Of a stretch of DNA of 64,000 nucleotides, positions 48,158 through 56,946 are shown piece by piece (positions within the stretch are counted from its first letter, which is position 1; each line of letters begins with the position of its first letter). Origin of the DNA: an uncultured Gammaproteobacteria bacterium. Its GTDB lineage: Bacteria; Pseudomonadota; Gammaproteobacteria; DRLM01. The stretch is taken from assembly GCA_963729605.1 (NCBI GenBank), contig CAVSNY010000002.1, positions 145,824-209,823 of the forward strand, written 5' to 3'. Position numbers and translations under genes: made by a program. The notes beneath the pieces were generated by a model, which made no database searches, had not been told where the DNA came from, and was given only the letters and a program-made list of their open reading frames with translations.

Positions 48158-51100
48158 GCTTGCCGCTGGGCCAAAAACTCGGCATTCGCACCATGATTTA
48201 TGTGGCCGGGGAGCCGGTGCCGTTCTTCTGGCCCATGCGCTCGTTCATCCATCACAATCCCTTGCATGGCCTCGAGCGTCACCCGTTTTACAGCGCCGTG
48301 CGGACCGGCGAGCGTCTGTTCCATGGGCGGGGCTATCTGCCGCGGCGCCTGTACCAGCGTTATCTCGGTCAGGGCAAGATAGACCGGGAGGCCCTCGCCG
48401 GGGAGCTTGCCGCGTTCCTCGGTTCGCGGGAGGTGCCCGGCCTGGATCTTGAGCGCTGGCTGATGACGCTCCTGACCGAAACACCTTTATCGGTGTGTGT
48501 GGCCACGACGCTTGCCGGCGCCGCCGACATACGAGCCGCCTTCGACAACAGGCCGCCGGGCCCCGCATCGGCGATCCCCCGAGAGGTGCTCGCGTCGCGG
48601 CTGGCGGGGGAGCTGCTGGGCGATCGGCCGGTGTACGAAGCGGTCGACGCCTTGTACGGCACGGAGATTGGCGCCACCCTGGATGAACTGGTGGTCAAGA
48701 GCTGTCTCGATTTCTTCGACGAAGGGCAGTCCTCCTGGGCCATGCCGCAGCGCGAGCGGGGCTTCTTCGCCGCCTGGCGCGAGGTGGCGCAACGCAACGC
48801 CCGGCTGTTTCTGCGCGGACTCCATATCAACCAAATACTGAGCGTGGACGAAAGCCCAGAAGGGGTGATCGCCTATGTCATGGAGAACCTGCAGATCCCC
48901 CGGGATCGTTGGATCGGTTATTTCACCCGGGAGCTCGCCCGGCTGCACGGCTGGGCCGGCTTCATCCGCTGGCGTTCCAGCGCCAAGCACTACCATTGGA
49001 CCCAGCGTTATCCGGGCGATCTCGTCGACTACATGGCGGTGCGCCTGACCCTGGCCCTGGCGCTGCTGCGCGAGGTGGGCGAGCGGCAGATTCCCTGCAC
49101 GGCCGCTGCAATCGAAGAGGCCGTGCACGGCCGGCTCGAGGAGATTTATCTGCGCCACGAATTCCATGGCGGCGGCATCGTGCCCGCCCTGGCGCACCGG
49201 GTCGAAGACGCCTTGTCGAGGGGCTCGGAACGTCACCTGTCGAAGGTCTTCGCCGAGTATGTCGAGAAGAAACGCGGCTGCGAAGCGGAACAGCAGGCGG
49301 TACGTTTACGCGACCTGGCGCTGCAGGTCGGTGAGATGGAGGCGGTCACGCAGCTCGCCGCAAATGAGTTTGCATGCCTGCTCGACCTGCTGAGGGAATT
49401 CGAAAAGTGCGAAGGCCCGATCTGGCTGAGGGCCTCGGAGGCACGGGCCATCGAGCAGTTTCTGGGTGGGGCACATGTGCAGGCGCCGCCGCAGCGGACC
49501 AAACGCCCTTTCGTCCAGGCGCTGTTCTGTATCGATACACGCTCCGAGCGCATTCGGCGACACTTGGAAGGCATCGGGGATTACCAGACCTTCGGCATCG
49601 CCGGCTTCTTCGGGGTGCCGGTGAGTTTCATGGAGATGGGCAAAGGCAGCGAGACCCACCTGTGTCCGGTATTGCTGACGCCCAAGAACCTGGTCCTGGA
49701 AATGACGGCGGGCAGTCCGCGTGACGAGGATGCGCTCACCTTCCTGGAAAAGGCCATGCACGAGCTGAAGGAGTCCGTGCTGACGCCGTTCGTGACCGTG
49801 GAGGCCATCGGTCTCTTGTTCGGCTTCGACATGGTCGGCAAGACCGTCGCGCCGGCCTCGTATAACCGCTGGCGCCGGCGTATTCATGCCAGCAAACCGC
49901 CGACCCGGCTGCTGTTGGACAAGCTTACCCGCGAACAGGCGGATTCCATCGTGCGCACGGTGCAGCGGGCGGTGATCGTCAAGGCCCTCGAGCAGGAAAT
50001 CCGCCTGCGGCCGGAGCGCATCACCGACGAACTGGTGCGGGAACTCCGCGAGGTCGCGCTGGGCCACGACGAGGGCTGCCCCAAACTCCTCGAGGCATTG
50101 GACGGCGACGCGTCCCGGGCGCAGGCGTTCATCGACCGCCTGCGGGGGCCGTACCGCATCAATCCCTCCTTTGCCCAGCTGCAACTGGAGCGGCTCGGGC
50201 GCATCGGCTTCTCCCTCGATGAACAAGCCCATTTTGTCGCGCAAGCCTTGCGGGCGATTGGACTCACCGAAGGGTTTTCCCGTTTCGTGCTGCTGGCGGG
50301 CCATGGCAGCCGCTCGGAGAACAATCCCTATGAGTCGGCGCTGGACTGCGGCGCGTGCGGCGGCAATCATGGCCTGGTCAGCGCCCGGGTCTTGGCGCAA
50401 ATGGCGAACAATGCCGGAGTGCGTCAGCGGCTGCATGAGATGGGTATCGACATCGCTGCGGATGCCTGGTTTCTTCCGGCGCTGCACAACACCACCACCG
50501 ACGAAGTGAAACTTTTCGATCTGGACCTGCTGCCGTCCTCCCACTTGGTGTATTTGGATCGGCTGCGCGGCGGCCTGACGGCGGCGTCGCGACTGTGCGC
50601 GCAGGAGCGCGTGCCCAGCTTGGCCATCGAAGGGGATCGGGTGGACAATCCGGCTGCGGCCTACCGCGCCGCGCAGCGCAACGCCATGGACTGGTCGCAG
50701 GTGCGTCCGGAGTGGGGACTGTCCGGCAACGCCTACTTCGTCATCGCGACGCGGGGCCTCACCCAGGGCATGTCTCTGGAGGGGCGGGCCTTTCTCCATT
50801 CCTATGACTACCGTATCGATGAGCGGCGGCGGCTGCTGGAAACCATCTTGTCCGGCCCGCTGGTCGTGGGTCAGTGGATCAACCTGGAGCACTATTTCTC
50901 CACCGTCGACAACGAGCGCTTCGGCAGCGGCAGCAAGGTGTACCACAACGTGGCCGGTCGCTTCGGCGTGATGACCGGCAACCTCAGCGACCTGCGTACC
51001 GGCCTGCCGTCTCAGACCGTGCTGGACAACGGCCTGCCGTATCATCAGCCGATCAGGCTGATCACCGTGATCGAGGCCCCGTTCGAGCATGCCCGCGCCG

Positions 51101-51267
51101 CGATCGAGGCGGTGGCGCCGGTCAAGAACCTGGTGCGCAACGGCTGGGTACGATTGATGGTGGTCGATCCAGAGGCGGCAGCGGTGTTTGTTTATGACGA
51201 GGGGGATTGGCGCCGCCGTTCCCTCGTCGACGCGACTGGAACGGCATCTCTGGAGGAGTCCCACTGA
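48154..51267 (+). CDS. dabA: DabA (DUF2309/YbcC family), beta-CA-like subunit of a DAB pump
   Basis: 1037 aa from ATG 48154 (MSLPLGQKLGIRTMIYVAGEPVPFFWPMRSFIHHNPLHGLE). The putative Zn site is C459 and D461 in FCIDTRSE, and H717 and C732 in GHGS...LDCGACGG, with the same C-x-D and H-x14-C spacing I recall for H. neapolitanus DabA2. Confidence 0.9.
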   Translation: MSLPLGQKLGIRTMIYVAGEPVPFFWPMRSFIHHNPLHGLERHPFYSAVRTGERLFHGRGYLPRRLYQRYLGQGKIDREALAGELAAFLGSREVPGLDLERWLMTLLTETPLSVCVATTLAGAADIRAAFDNRPPGPASAIPREVLASRLAGELLGDRPVYEAVDALYGTEIGATLDELVVKSCLDFFDEGQSSWAMPQRERGFFAAWREVAQRNARLFLRGLHINQILSVDESPEGVIAYVMENLQIPRDRWIGYFTRELARLHGWAGFIRWRSSAKHYHWTQRYPGDLVDYMAVRLTLALALLREVGERQIPCTAAAIEEAVHGRLEEIYLRHEFHGGGIVPALAHRVEDALSRGSERHLSKVFAEYVEKKRGCEAEQQAVRLRDLALQVGEMEAVTQLAANEFACLLDLLREFEKCEGPIWLRASEARAIEQFLGGAHVQAPPQRTKRPFVQALFCIDTRSERIRRHLEGIGDYQTFGIAGFFGVPVSFMEMGKGSETHLCPVLLTPKNLVLEMTAGSPRDEDALTFLEKAMHELKESVLTPFVTVEAIGLLFGFDMVGKTVAPASYNRWRRRIHASKPPTRLLLDKLTREQADSIVRTVQRAVIVKALEQEIRLRPERITDELVRELREVALGHDEGCPKLLEALDGDASRAQAFIDRLRGPYRINPSFAQLQLERLGRIGFSLDEQAHFVAQALRAIGLTEGFSRFVLLAGHGSRSENNPYESALDCGACGGNHGLVSARVLAQMANNAGVRQRLHEMGIDIAADAWFLPALHNTTTDEVKLFDLDLLPSSHLVYLDRLRGGLTAASRLCAQERVPSLAIEGDRVDNPAAAYRAAQRNAMDWSQVRPEWGLSGNAYFVIATRGLTQGMSLEGRAFLHSYDYRIDERRRLLETILSGPLVVGQWINLEHYFSTVDNERFGSGSKVYHNVAGRFGVMTGNLSDLRTGLPSQTVLDNGLPYHQPIRLITVIEAPFEHARAAIEAVAPVKNLVRNGWVRLMVVDPEAAAVFVYDEGDWRRRSLVDATGTASLEESH

Positions 51268-51269
51268 TC

Positions 51270-51596
51270 ATGAAAAATCTCAATTTAAGCCCTCTCAAGA
51301 AACTGGAAATCATCCTGGACGGTGAGCATCAGGCGTTTGTCACCGACATCCTCGACCGGGCAGGGGTCAAGGGCTACACCATCATCAACAATCTGTCCGG
51401 CAAGGGGCGCCATGGCTTCCACGAAGGCCATCTCATGTTCAACGAGGACGATGTGTTGATCATGATCATCGCCGCCGTGCCCGAGCACCTCGTGAATCCG
51501 ATCCTCGAGGGGCTCTCGCCCTTCTACAACGAACACTCAGGCGTGGTGTTCATTTCCGATATTCAGGTGACCCGCTTAGTGAAATTCGGCGGCTAG
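51270..51596 (+). CDS. P-II-like protein downstream of dabA
   Basis: 108 aa from ATG 51270 (MKNLNLSPLKKLEIILDGEHQAFVTDILDRAGVKGYTIINNLSGKGRHG...). It has a P-II-like secondary-structure pattern with a T-loop-like GKGRHGFHEG. Confidence 0.7.
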   Translation: MKNLNLSPLKKLEIILDGEHQAFVTDILDRAGVKGYTIINNLSGKGRHGFHEGHLMFNEDDVLIMIIAAVPEHLVNPILEGLSPFYNEHSGVVFISDIQVTRLVKFGG

Positions 51597-51683
51597 ACAA
51601 CGAAGGGTCCGATGCCGCGTACGATTCCCCACCTACTCCGCAACGAGAGGGAGTTGTTGAGCACGGCGCCAGGGTGTCGGCGC

Positions 51684-51873
51684 CGCTGCAAACGGATGCC
51701 ATCGCACACTACGAGGACGCGGTGCGTTATTGCCGGCGCATTCAAGGACTGGGACAATGGCGTGTTTTTTTGAAGTGCTGTGGAACGAGGAGCTCGCCCA
51801 CGGCCGTGAGATGGCGCGATGGGCGGCCGCTCTGGACACAGTCAGTGCTGGTGGCAGACGTGCTTTCTTTTAG
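51684..51873 (+). pseudogene. truncated, frameshifted remnant of a second ferritin-like carboxysome-associated gene
   Basis: Across a frameshift at the T7 run 51765..51771 it reads ..TDAIAHYEDAVRYCRRIQGLGQWRVFF/EVLWNEELAHGREMARWAAALDTVSAGGRRAFF*. The intact gene (41151..41630) ends ..AEAIALYEDALRYCQRIQDRDNGAFFEALWNEELAHGREMAQWFATVESSAASGRRAFF*. The N-terminal two thirds are missing. Confidence 0.8.
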
Positions 51874-52108
51874 GGACACGTAATCATAAGCGGTTACAGA
51901 ATAGCGATGGCGAATCCGTGATCTCGATAATCTGAGGCGTAGTGCTCACGCGAAAATGTTCGACATATCGACATGTATTCGGCGTGTGTTTTTTCGTGCA
52001 CCTGTTTCTTCACGATCTCACGCGACGCCGTTCATGAACAATTCAAACTAAGCGGCGCGACGGCCATGCCGCGGAGCCGCCGATGGTAAGTGAAAAACGG
52101 GGAATGTT

Positions 52109-54418
52109 ATGACTGAGGCTCCACAAAACGGCATAAAAGGATTGAAACATTGGCGTTATGACCTGCTTGCGGGGTTACAGGTCGCGCTAGTGTCTTTGCC
52201 GCTGTCGCTGGGTATCGCTATCGCTTCCGGCGCGCCGCCGGTTACTGGTTTAATCTCGGCGATCATCGCCGGTCTCATTTTTCCGTTCTTGGGCGGCGCC
52301 TACGTCACCATCAGCGGTCCGGCCGCGGGACTCGCGCCGGCGTTGTTGTCGGGCATGTTGCTGTTGGGCGGCGGCGATCTGGCGACGGGTTATCCGTTGT
52401 TGCTGGTCGCGATCTGTTTCACGGGATTGGTGCAGGTCGTGCTGGCTTTCTTCAAGGCCGGACGTTTTGCCATTTTCCTTCCCGTCACCGTGGTGGAGGC
52501 GATGCTCGCCGCCATCGGCATCATCATCATCATCAAACAGATTCCGCCGTTGATGGGCGCTATCGTGCCGGCTTCCAAAAACATGTTGGCCTCGATTGGC
52601 AAATTGCCGCAGGCCATGATGCAAGTGGATTGGAGCGTGTTTTTCATCGGCGGGCTGAGTTTGTTCCTGCTCTTTTATCTGAACAAGAGTCGCCATGAAT
52701 GGATGCGCAAGCTGCCGCCGCCGCTGTTCGTGGCCATGCTCGGCATCGTGTTGGGTTATGCGCTCGGTCTCGATCCAAAATATCTCATCAAAATGCCAGA
52801 GAACGTATTGGAAGGCGGCATCACGATGCCGGCTTTCGGCGAGGTGTTTAATCGTCCCGAATTGTGGTGGGGCGTGCTGGTGGTCGTTATCACGCTCACC
52901 TTGATCGACGGCATCGAGTCGCTGGCGACCATCAAGGCGGTAGACAAGATCGATCCCTTCCAGCGCAAGTCGGATGCCAATGTCACGTTGCGCGCGATGG
53001 GCGTGTCGAATTCGCTATCGAGTATCTTCGGCGGCCTGACGATTATTCCGGGCGGCATCAAGAGTCGCGCTAACATCGACGCCGGCGGACGTACCTTGTG
53101 GGCGAATTTTTACAACGCCATTTTTCTGCTGCTATTCCTGTTTTTGGCCACTGACGTCATCGCCCGCGTTCCGCTCGCCTCGATCGCCGCGATCGTGATC
53201 TACGTCGGCTGGAAGCTGTGCGAGTACAAGGTGTTCACCAAGACCTACGCCATCGGCCGGGATCAGATCGTCATCTTCGTGATCACGGTGTTTGCGATCC
53301 TCGCCACCGACTTGTTGTGGGGCATCATCACGGGAATCATGGCTGAGGTGCTAATGCTGTTGTATCTGCTCATGCCTTCGTTTCGATACGTCTTGACTGG
53401 ACGCATGACTTTCAAGCAGTCGTTTCCCTTGTTATGGGTCAATTTGCGCGGCTTGTTCTCGACGCCGGTGATCAAGGTCAAGGAGCAGACCCGCGACGGC
53501 CGGGCGCATTATGAAGTGTCCCTGTCCTCCATCGTGTGCTTCAACCTTCTGCCGCTGGATAAATTCTTCGCCAGCCTGCCGGCGGACTCCGGCATCACCC
53601 TTATCATTACCGAATCAGGCCGCATTATCGATCACACCGGCATGGAATACCTTCACCAGTTTCAAGAGGAATGCGTACGCGACGGGCGGACCTTCGAGTT
53701 GCTGGGGATGGAGAACTTTTTTCAATTCACCAGCCACTCGCTGTCGGCGCGGATGCAGGATGCGATCTTAATTAAAGAAAAGGTCAAGCACAGCGAGCGT
53801 GAAGAGCAGATGGAAAAGCTGGCCAAGCGGTGGAATCTGGCTTTTAATCCCGCGACCGTGAGTATTCTCAACAAGCAGAATTTCGTGTATCTGCGCAGAG
53901 GCTCTGATAAACAAGAGAGCAATGTGATGTCGGGTGATTACCTTGGATGCGAGGTGCGCCTGTTCGATTATAGTCACACCGCGCCGCCGGATTATTTCTC
54001 AAAACACTGGCATACCATCATTACCATGAGCTGCCCCGGCTTGGCCGATGCCGCGGTGCCTGATTTCGTCATTACTCCCGGTCATTATTTGGAGCGGTAT
54101 TTGGTGGATTTCACTGAAATGCCTTTGTCCGGGCCGCGTGAGTTCGCCGAGAATTATCACTTGCACGGCCAGGCGGGACATGATCCTTCGCCCTATATTT
54201 CGCCCGAGCTGGTTGCCTTTTTGATGAGGCACAAAGGGTTTTATTTAGAAGTGCGCAATGGCGTGCTCTTAGCTTTCAGGCAGGATCAGGAGTTGGCCAA
54301 GCCCGATGATGTGTCTCTGCTGTTCGTCTTGGCCGAAATATTCAACGCGGCTTGTAATGCGGCGCCAAATCAAGGTCGAGATGCCGCCGAGGTGCTGCCA
54401 TCCAATACGGGCGCATGA
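52109..54418 (+). CDS. SulP-family anion transporter with a STAS domain and an additional ~220-aa C-terminal domain of unknown function
   Basis: 769 aa. The N-terminus is LKHWRYDLLAGLQVALVSLPLSLGIAIASGAPPVTGLISAIIAGLIFPFLGG (SulP signature). A STAS-like segment lies around HYEVSLSSIVCFNLLP...GMEYLHQFQEECVRDGRTFELLGMENF. The tail after that has no match I recognise. G+C is visibly lower than in the flanks. Confidence 0.8.
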   Translation: MTEAPQNGIKGLKHWRYDLLAGLQVALVSLPLSLGIAIASGAPPVTGLISAIIAGLIFPFLGGAYVTISGPAAGLAPALLSGMLLLGGGDLATGYPLLLVAICFTGLVQVVLAFFKAGRFAIFLPVTVVEAMLAAIGIIIIIKQIPPLMGAIVPASKNMLASIGKLPQAMMQVDWSVFFIGGLSLFLLFYLNKSRHEWMRKLPPPLFVAMLGIVLGYALGLDPKYLIKMPENVLEGGITMPAFGEVFNRPELWWGVLVVVITLTLIDGIESLATIKAVDKIDPFQRKSDANVTLRAMGVSNSLSSIFGGLTIIPGGIKSRANIDAGGRTLWANFYNAIFLLLFLFLATDVIARVPLASIAAIVIYVGWKLCEYKVFTKTYAIGRDQIVIFVITVFAILATDLLWGIITGIMAEVLMLLYLLMPSFRYVLTGRMTFKQSFPLLWVNLRGLFSTPVIKVKEQTRDGRAHYEVSLSSIVCFNLLPLDKFFASLPADSGITLIITESGRIIDHTGMEYLHQFQEECVRDGRTFELLGMENFFQFTSHSLSARMQDAILIKEKVKHSEREEQMEKLAKRWNLAFNPATVSILNKQNFVYLRRGSDKQESNVMSGDYLGCEVRLFDYSHTAPPDYFSKHWHTIITMSCPGLADAAVPDFVITPGHYLERYLVDFTEMPLSGPREFAENYHLHGQAGHDPSPYISPELVAFLMRHKGFYLEVRNGVLLAFRQDQELAKPDDVSLLFVLAEIFNAACNAAPNQGRDAAEVLPSNTGA

Positions 54419-54850
54419 GTGGATGTGGGCGAATTCGGATGTCGCTTGTGGCTATGTTTTTCTGTCACGTGAGAGGCTGTCAGGTTGAGTAGTTTGCTCA
54501 TGCCGGTCGTATGGTCTGCTTCGGTCATGAGCGTTATCTGGCCGTAGGCGTGCAAGCCTTCGAAATCGTGGCGTAAGGAATGCGCGCGCGGCATCGGGAA
54601 TCCGGCGCACTTGGCGTGGTGAATTATCAGGCGCATCATCACTCGTCGCGATCTCGGCCTTCGGTGGGATTCACGCGATTTCGTGCGAAAAGGAACGGTA
54701 CGGAATATCAGCGCCGACGCGAGGCCGTGTTCGCTATTGAATCCCCCGGTTCCCCTCGGCTTGGCCCCGCATCCACCGGCGGCGCGCTCCTCGCCTTGCT
54801 CTTTCCGCCAGGCAGCTCAACCGCCGCGCCGACAAATTCGGCGGACCCGA

Positions 54851-55801
54851 TCAATCTACTCGCCGCCAGGCGCCATCTTCCTGCACGACTTCATACTTGG
54901 CCCAGCGGGCGAAGTCGGCGCGGGTGCAAGTGCCGGTGGTGCGGGCCTGGGCGCCGGCCATGACGCGATAAATGATTTTGTCTTTGGCGGGAGATGAAAC
55001 GACGCCCGCTTCATCGATGACCTTGCGTACCGATCCGTCGCTGCCGGGCCGGCCGTTGCTGTAACAATGGCCGAGCAGGATTTGTTCGGGCGACAGGCGC
55101 GCCGCTTCGGCATGCCGGGCGGCCAGCGTATAAATCTCGGCGAGGTCCGGCGCGCTAATGTCCACGAAGGATTCCATGCGGTTTAACGCGTAACGTATGT
55201 CCTCTTCGCCGAGATAGGGCGGCATCGCCTCGGCCGCCGAGATCTGCGCTTCCGCCGTTTTAAAAGAGGAAAGCCCCAGCGGATAACGCCGCCAGGGGAA
55301 CAGATAATTGAACAGGACCGCGATAACGATGATCGCCAGGGTGTCCAGCACCACCGGCGCGACCACGTATTGATACCCGAGTTGGTGCACCGCCTCATCG
55401 CCGAGTACGGCGCTGAGCGCGGTGGCGCCGCCCGGCGGATGCAGACAGCGCAGATAGTACATGATGACCAGCGCGAGACCGACCGCCAGCGCGGCGGCGA
55501 CCTGCGGGTTGGCGATATGATTGGCGCAGGCGACGCCGATGAGGGCGCTGATGAATTGTCCTCCGAACAACGGCCAGGGTTGGGTGAACGGGCTATGCGG
55601 CGTGGCGAACAGCAGCACCGCGGAGGCGCCCAGCGACGCGATGACCAGCGGGGTCCCCAGATCGGGAATCAGCCATGAGTTGAGCGCGCCGACCAAAAAA
55701 ATCGCGATGAGTGCGCCCATACCGGAGACCAGTTTTTCGACGTGGTGGCCGGCGGGCGGCTCGGCGTACCGGCTGAAAAAATAGCGGCGTAGTTTATTCA
55801 T
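54851..55801 (-). CDS. HPP-family membrane protein with a soluble C-terminal extension
   Basis: 316 aa. The segment LGASAVLLFATPHSPFTQPWPLFGGQFISALIGV and the later HPPGGATAL are typical of the HPP family. Confidence 0.7.
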   Translation of the reverse strand: MNKLRRYFFSRYAEPPAGHHVEKLVSGMGALIAIFLVGALNSWLIPDLGTPLVIASLGASAVLLFATPHSPFTQPWPLFGGQFISALIGVACANHIANPQVAAALAVGLALVIMYYLRCLHPPGGATALSAVLGDEAVHQLGYQYVVAPVVLDTLAIIVIAVLFNYLFPWRRYPLGLSSFKTAEAQISAAEAMPPYLGEEDIRYALNRMESFVDISAPDLAEIYTLAARHAEAARLSPEQILLGHCYSNGRPGSDGSVRKVIDEAGVVSSPAKDKIIYRVMAGAQARTTGTCTRADFARWAKYEVVQEDGAWRRVD

Positions 55802-56267
55802 GCGGTATTTGTGACGGCGTGTTGTTGGCTACGGCGGTGACGCTTAAAGACGCCTTTAACATACAACATTTAATGCCCTGTTAGCCAGAACGGATTTCAC
55901 GGCAATTACGCCGTTTTTTCTGCGGATTTTTTGCACGAGGGAGATGGAGGCGGGTCCGTGAGTGCCGAGCCGTTCGCGGCTGTTCACGATACCTGTCACA
56001 TCACTTAAGAACGCCCGCGAGTTTGCAGGTCTGGCGAACTTGATTAATCGATCCCTCTTAAAATCGAGGTTTGACGGCAGGGCATTTTCGGCGGAGGTTG
56101 CGCGGCTTGAAAGCCCCGTTCCGATTTCGAGAGAGCTTGAATAAGCGTGTAAACCCAGCCTCGTCCCTCCGGCACCGGAAAAATCTCGGCCCTTCCCCTT
56201 TCCCGCTTGCGAGAGAGGGGGCATGACTCTTCGGTCCGGCTTGGCGTCTCTTAAGGAAGCTCTCAAT

Positions 56268-56397
56268 AATTCCATCCTGGAATCTTCAGCGCACGGGAAG
56301 TGAAAATGTGATTTTCGCTTCCCTTGGTTTTTAACGGCTGCCATTGAAGATGGCGGCACATCCATGTGCCGCGGGAGCCTCTGAATGAATCAGAGGT
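56268..56397 (+). repeat. copy C of the ~125-bp structured intergenic repeat family
   Basis: It reads aattccatcctggaatcttcagcgcacgggaagtgaaaatgtgattttcgcttccc...gccattgaagatggcggcacatccatgtgccgcgggagcctctgaatgaatcagagg. Confidence 0.8.
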
Positions 56398-56428
56398 TCC
56401 TTGATTTGATTCCACGTTGAGATAGGTT

Positions 56429-56902
56429 CTAGCCGTTCTCGAGCAGCGACCGCAGCATCCAGGCGTTTTTCTCGTGGATCTCCATGCGCTGAGTGAGCAG
56501 GTCGGCGGTCGGCTGGTCGTTGGCGGCCTCGGCGACGCGGAAGGCCGCGCGCGCGGTGCGCGCCACCGCTTCCTGGCCCGCCACCAGTTGCCGGATCATG
56601 TCCTCTGCCGAGGGCACGCCGTCCTCCTCCTTGATGCTGGAGAGTTCGGCGTAACGCCGGTACGAACCCGGCGCCGGAAAACCCAGCGCGCGGATGCGTT
56701 CGGCGATGAGGTCGAGGGCGTTCCACAGCTCGGTGTATTGGGTCATGAACATGGTGTGCAGGGTCTGGAACATCGGCCCGGTGACGTTCCAGTGAAAATT
56801 GTGGGTCTTGAGGTACAGGATGTAGCTGTCGGCGAGCATGCGCGACAGCGCCTCGGTGATGTCCTTGCGGTCGGTTTCGGCGATGCCGATGTCGATGGCC
56901 AT
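56429..56902 (-). CDS. dps: Dps (DNA-binding ferritin-like stress protein)
   Basis: 157 aa with [30 protein letters not shown], the ferroxidase-site region typical of Dps. Confidence 0.9.
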   Translation of the reverse strand: MAIDIGIAETDRKDITEALSRMLADSYILYLKTHNFHWNVTGPMFQTLHTMFMTQYTELWNALDLIAERIRALGFPAPGSYRRYAELSSIKEEDGVPSAEDMIRQLVAGQEAVARTARAAFRVAEAANDQPTADLLTQRMEIHEKNAWMLRSLLENG

Positions 56903-56946
56903 GGTGTCGTCCTCCTGGAAGTGGCGTTAAATGAAACGCCGGGTGT

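Noticed and set aside
55856-56365. 169-aa minus-strand ORF in the 630-bp HPP-dps gap
   Set aside because: It runs through repeat copy C and through lower-complexity intergenic sequence, and it has no motifs. The region is more likely non-coding (repeat, hairpins and the HPP promoter).
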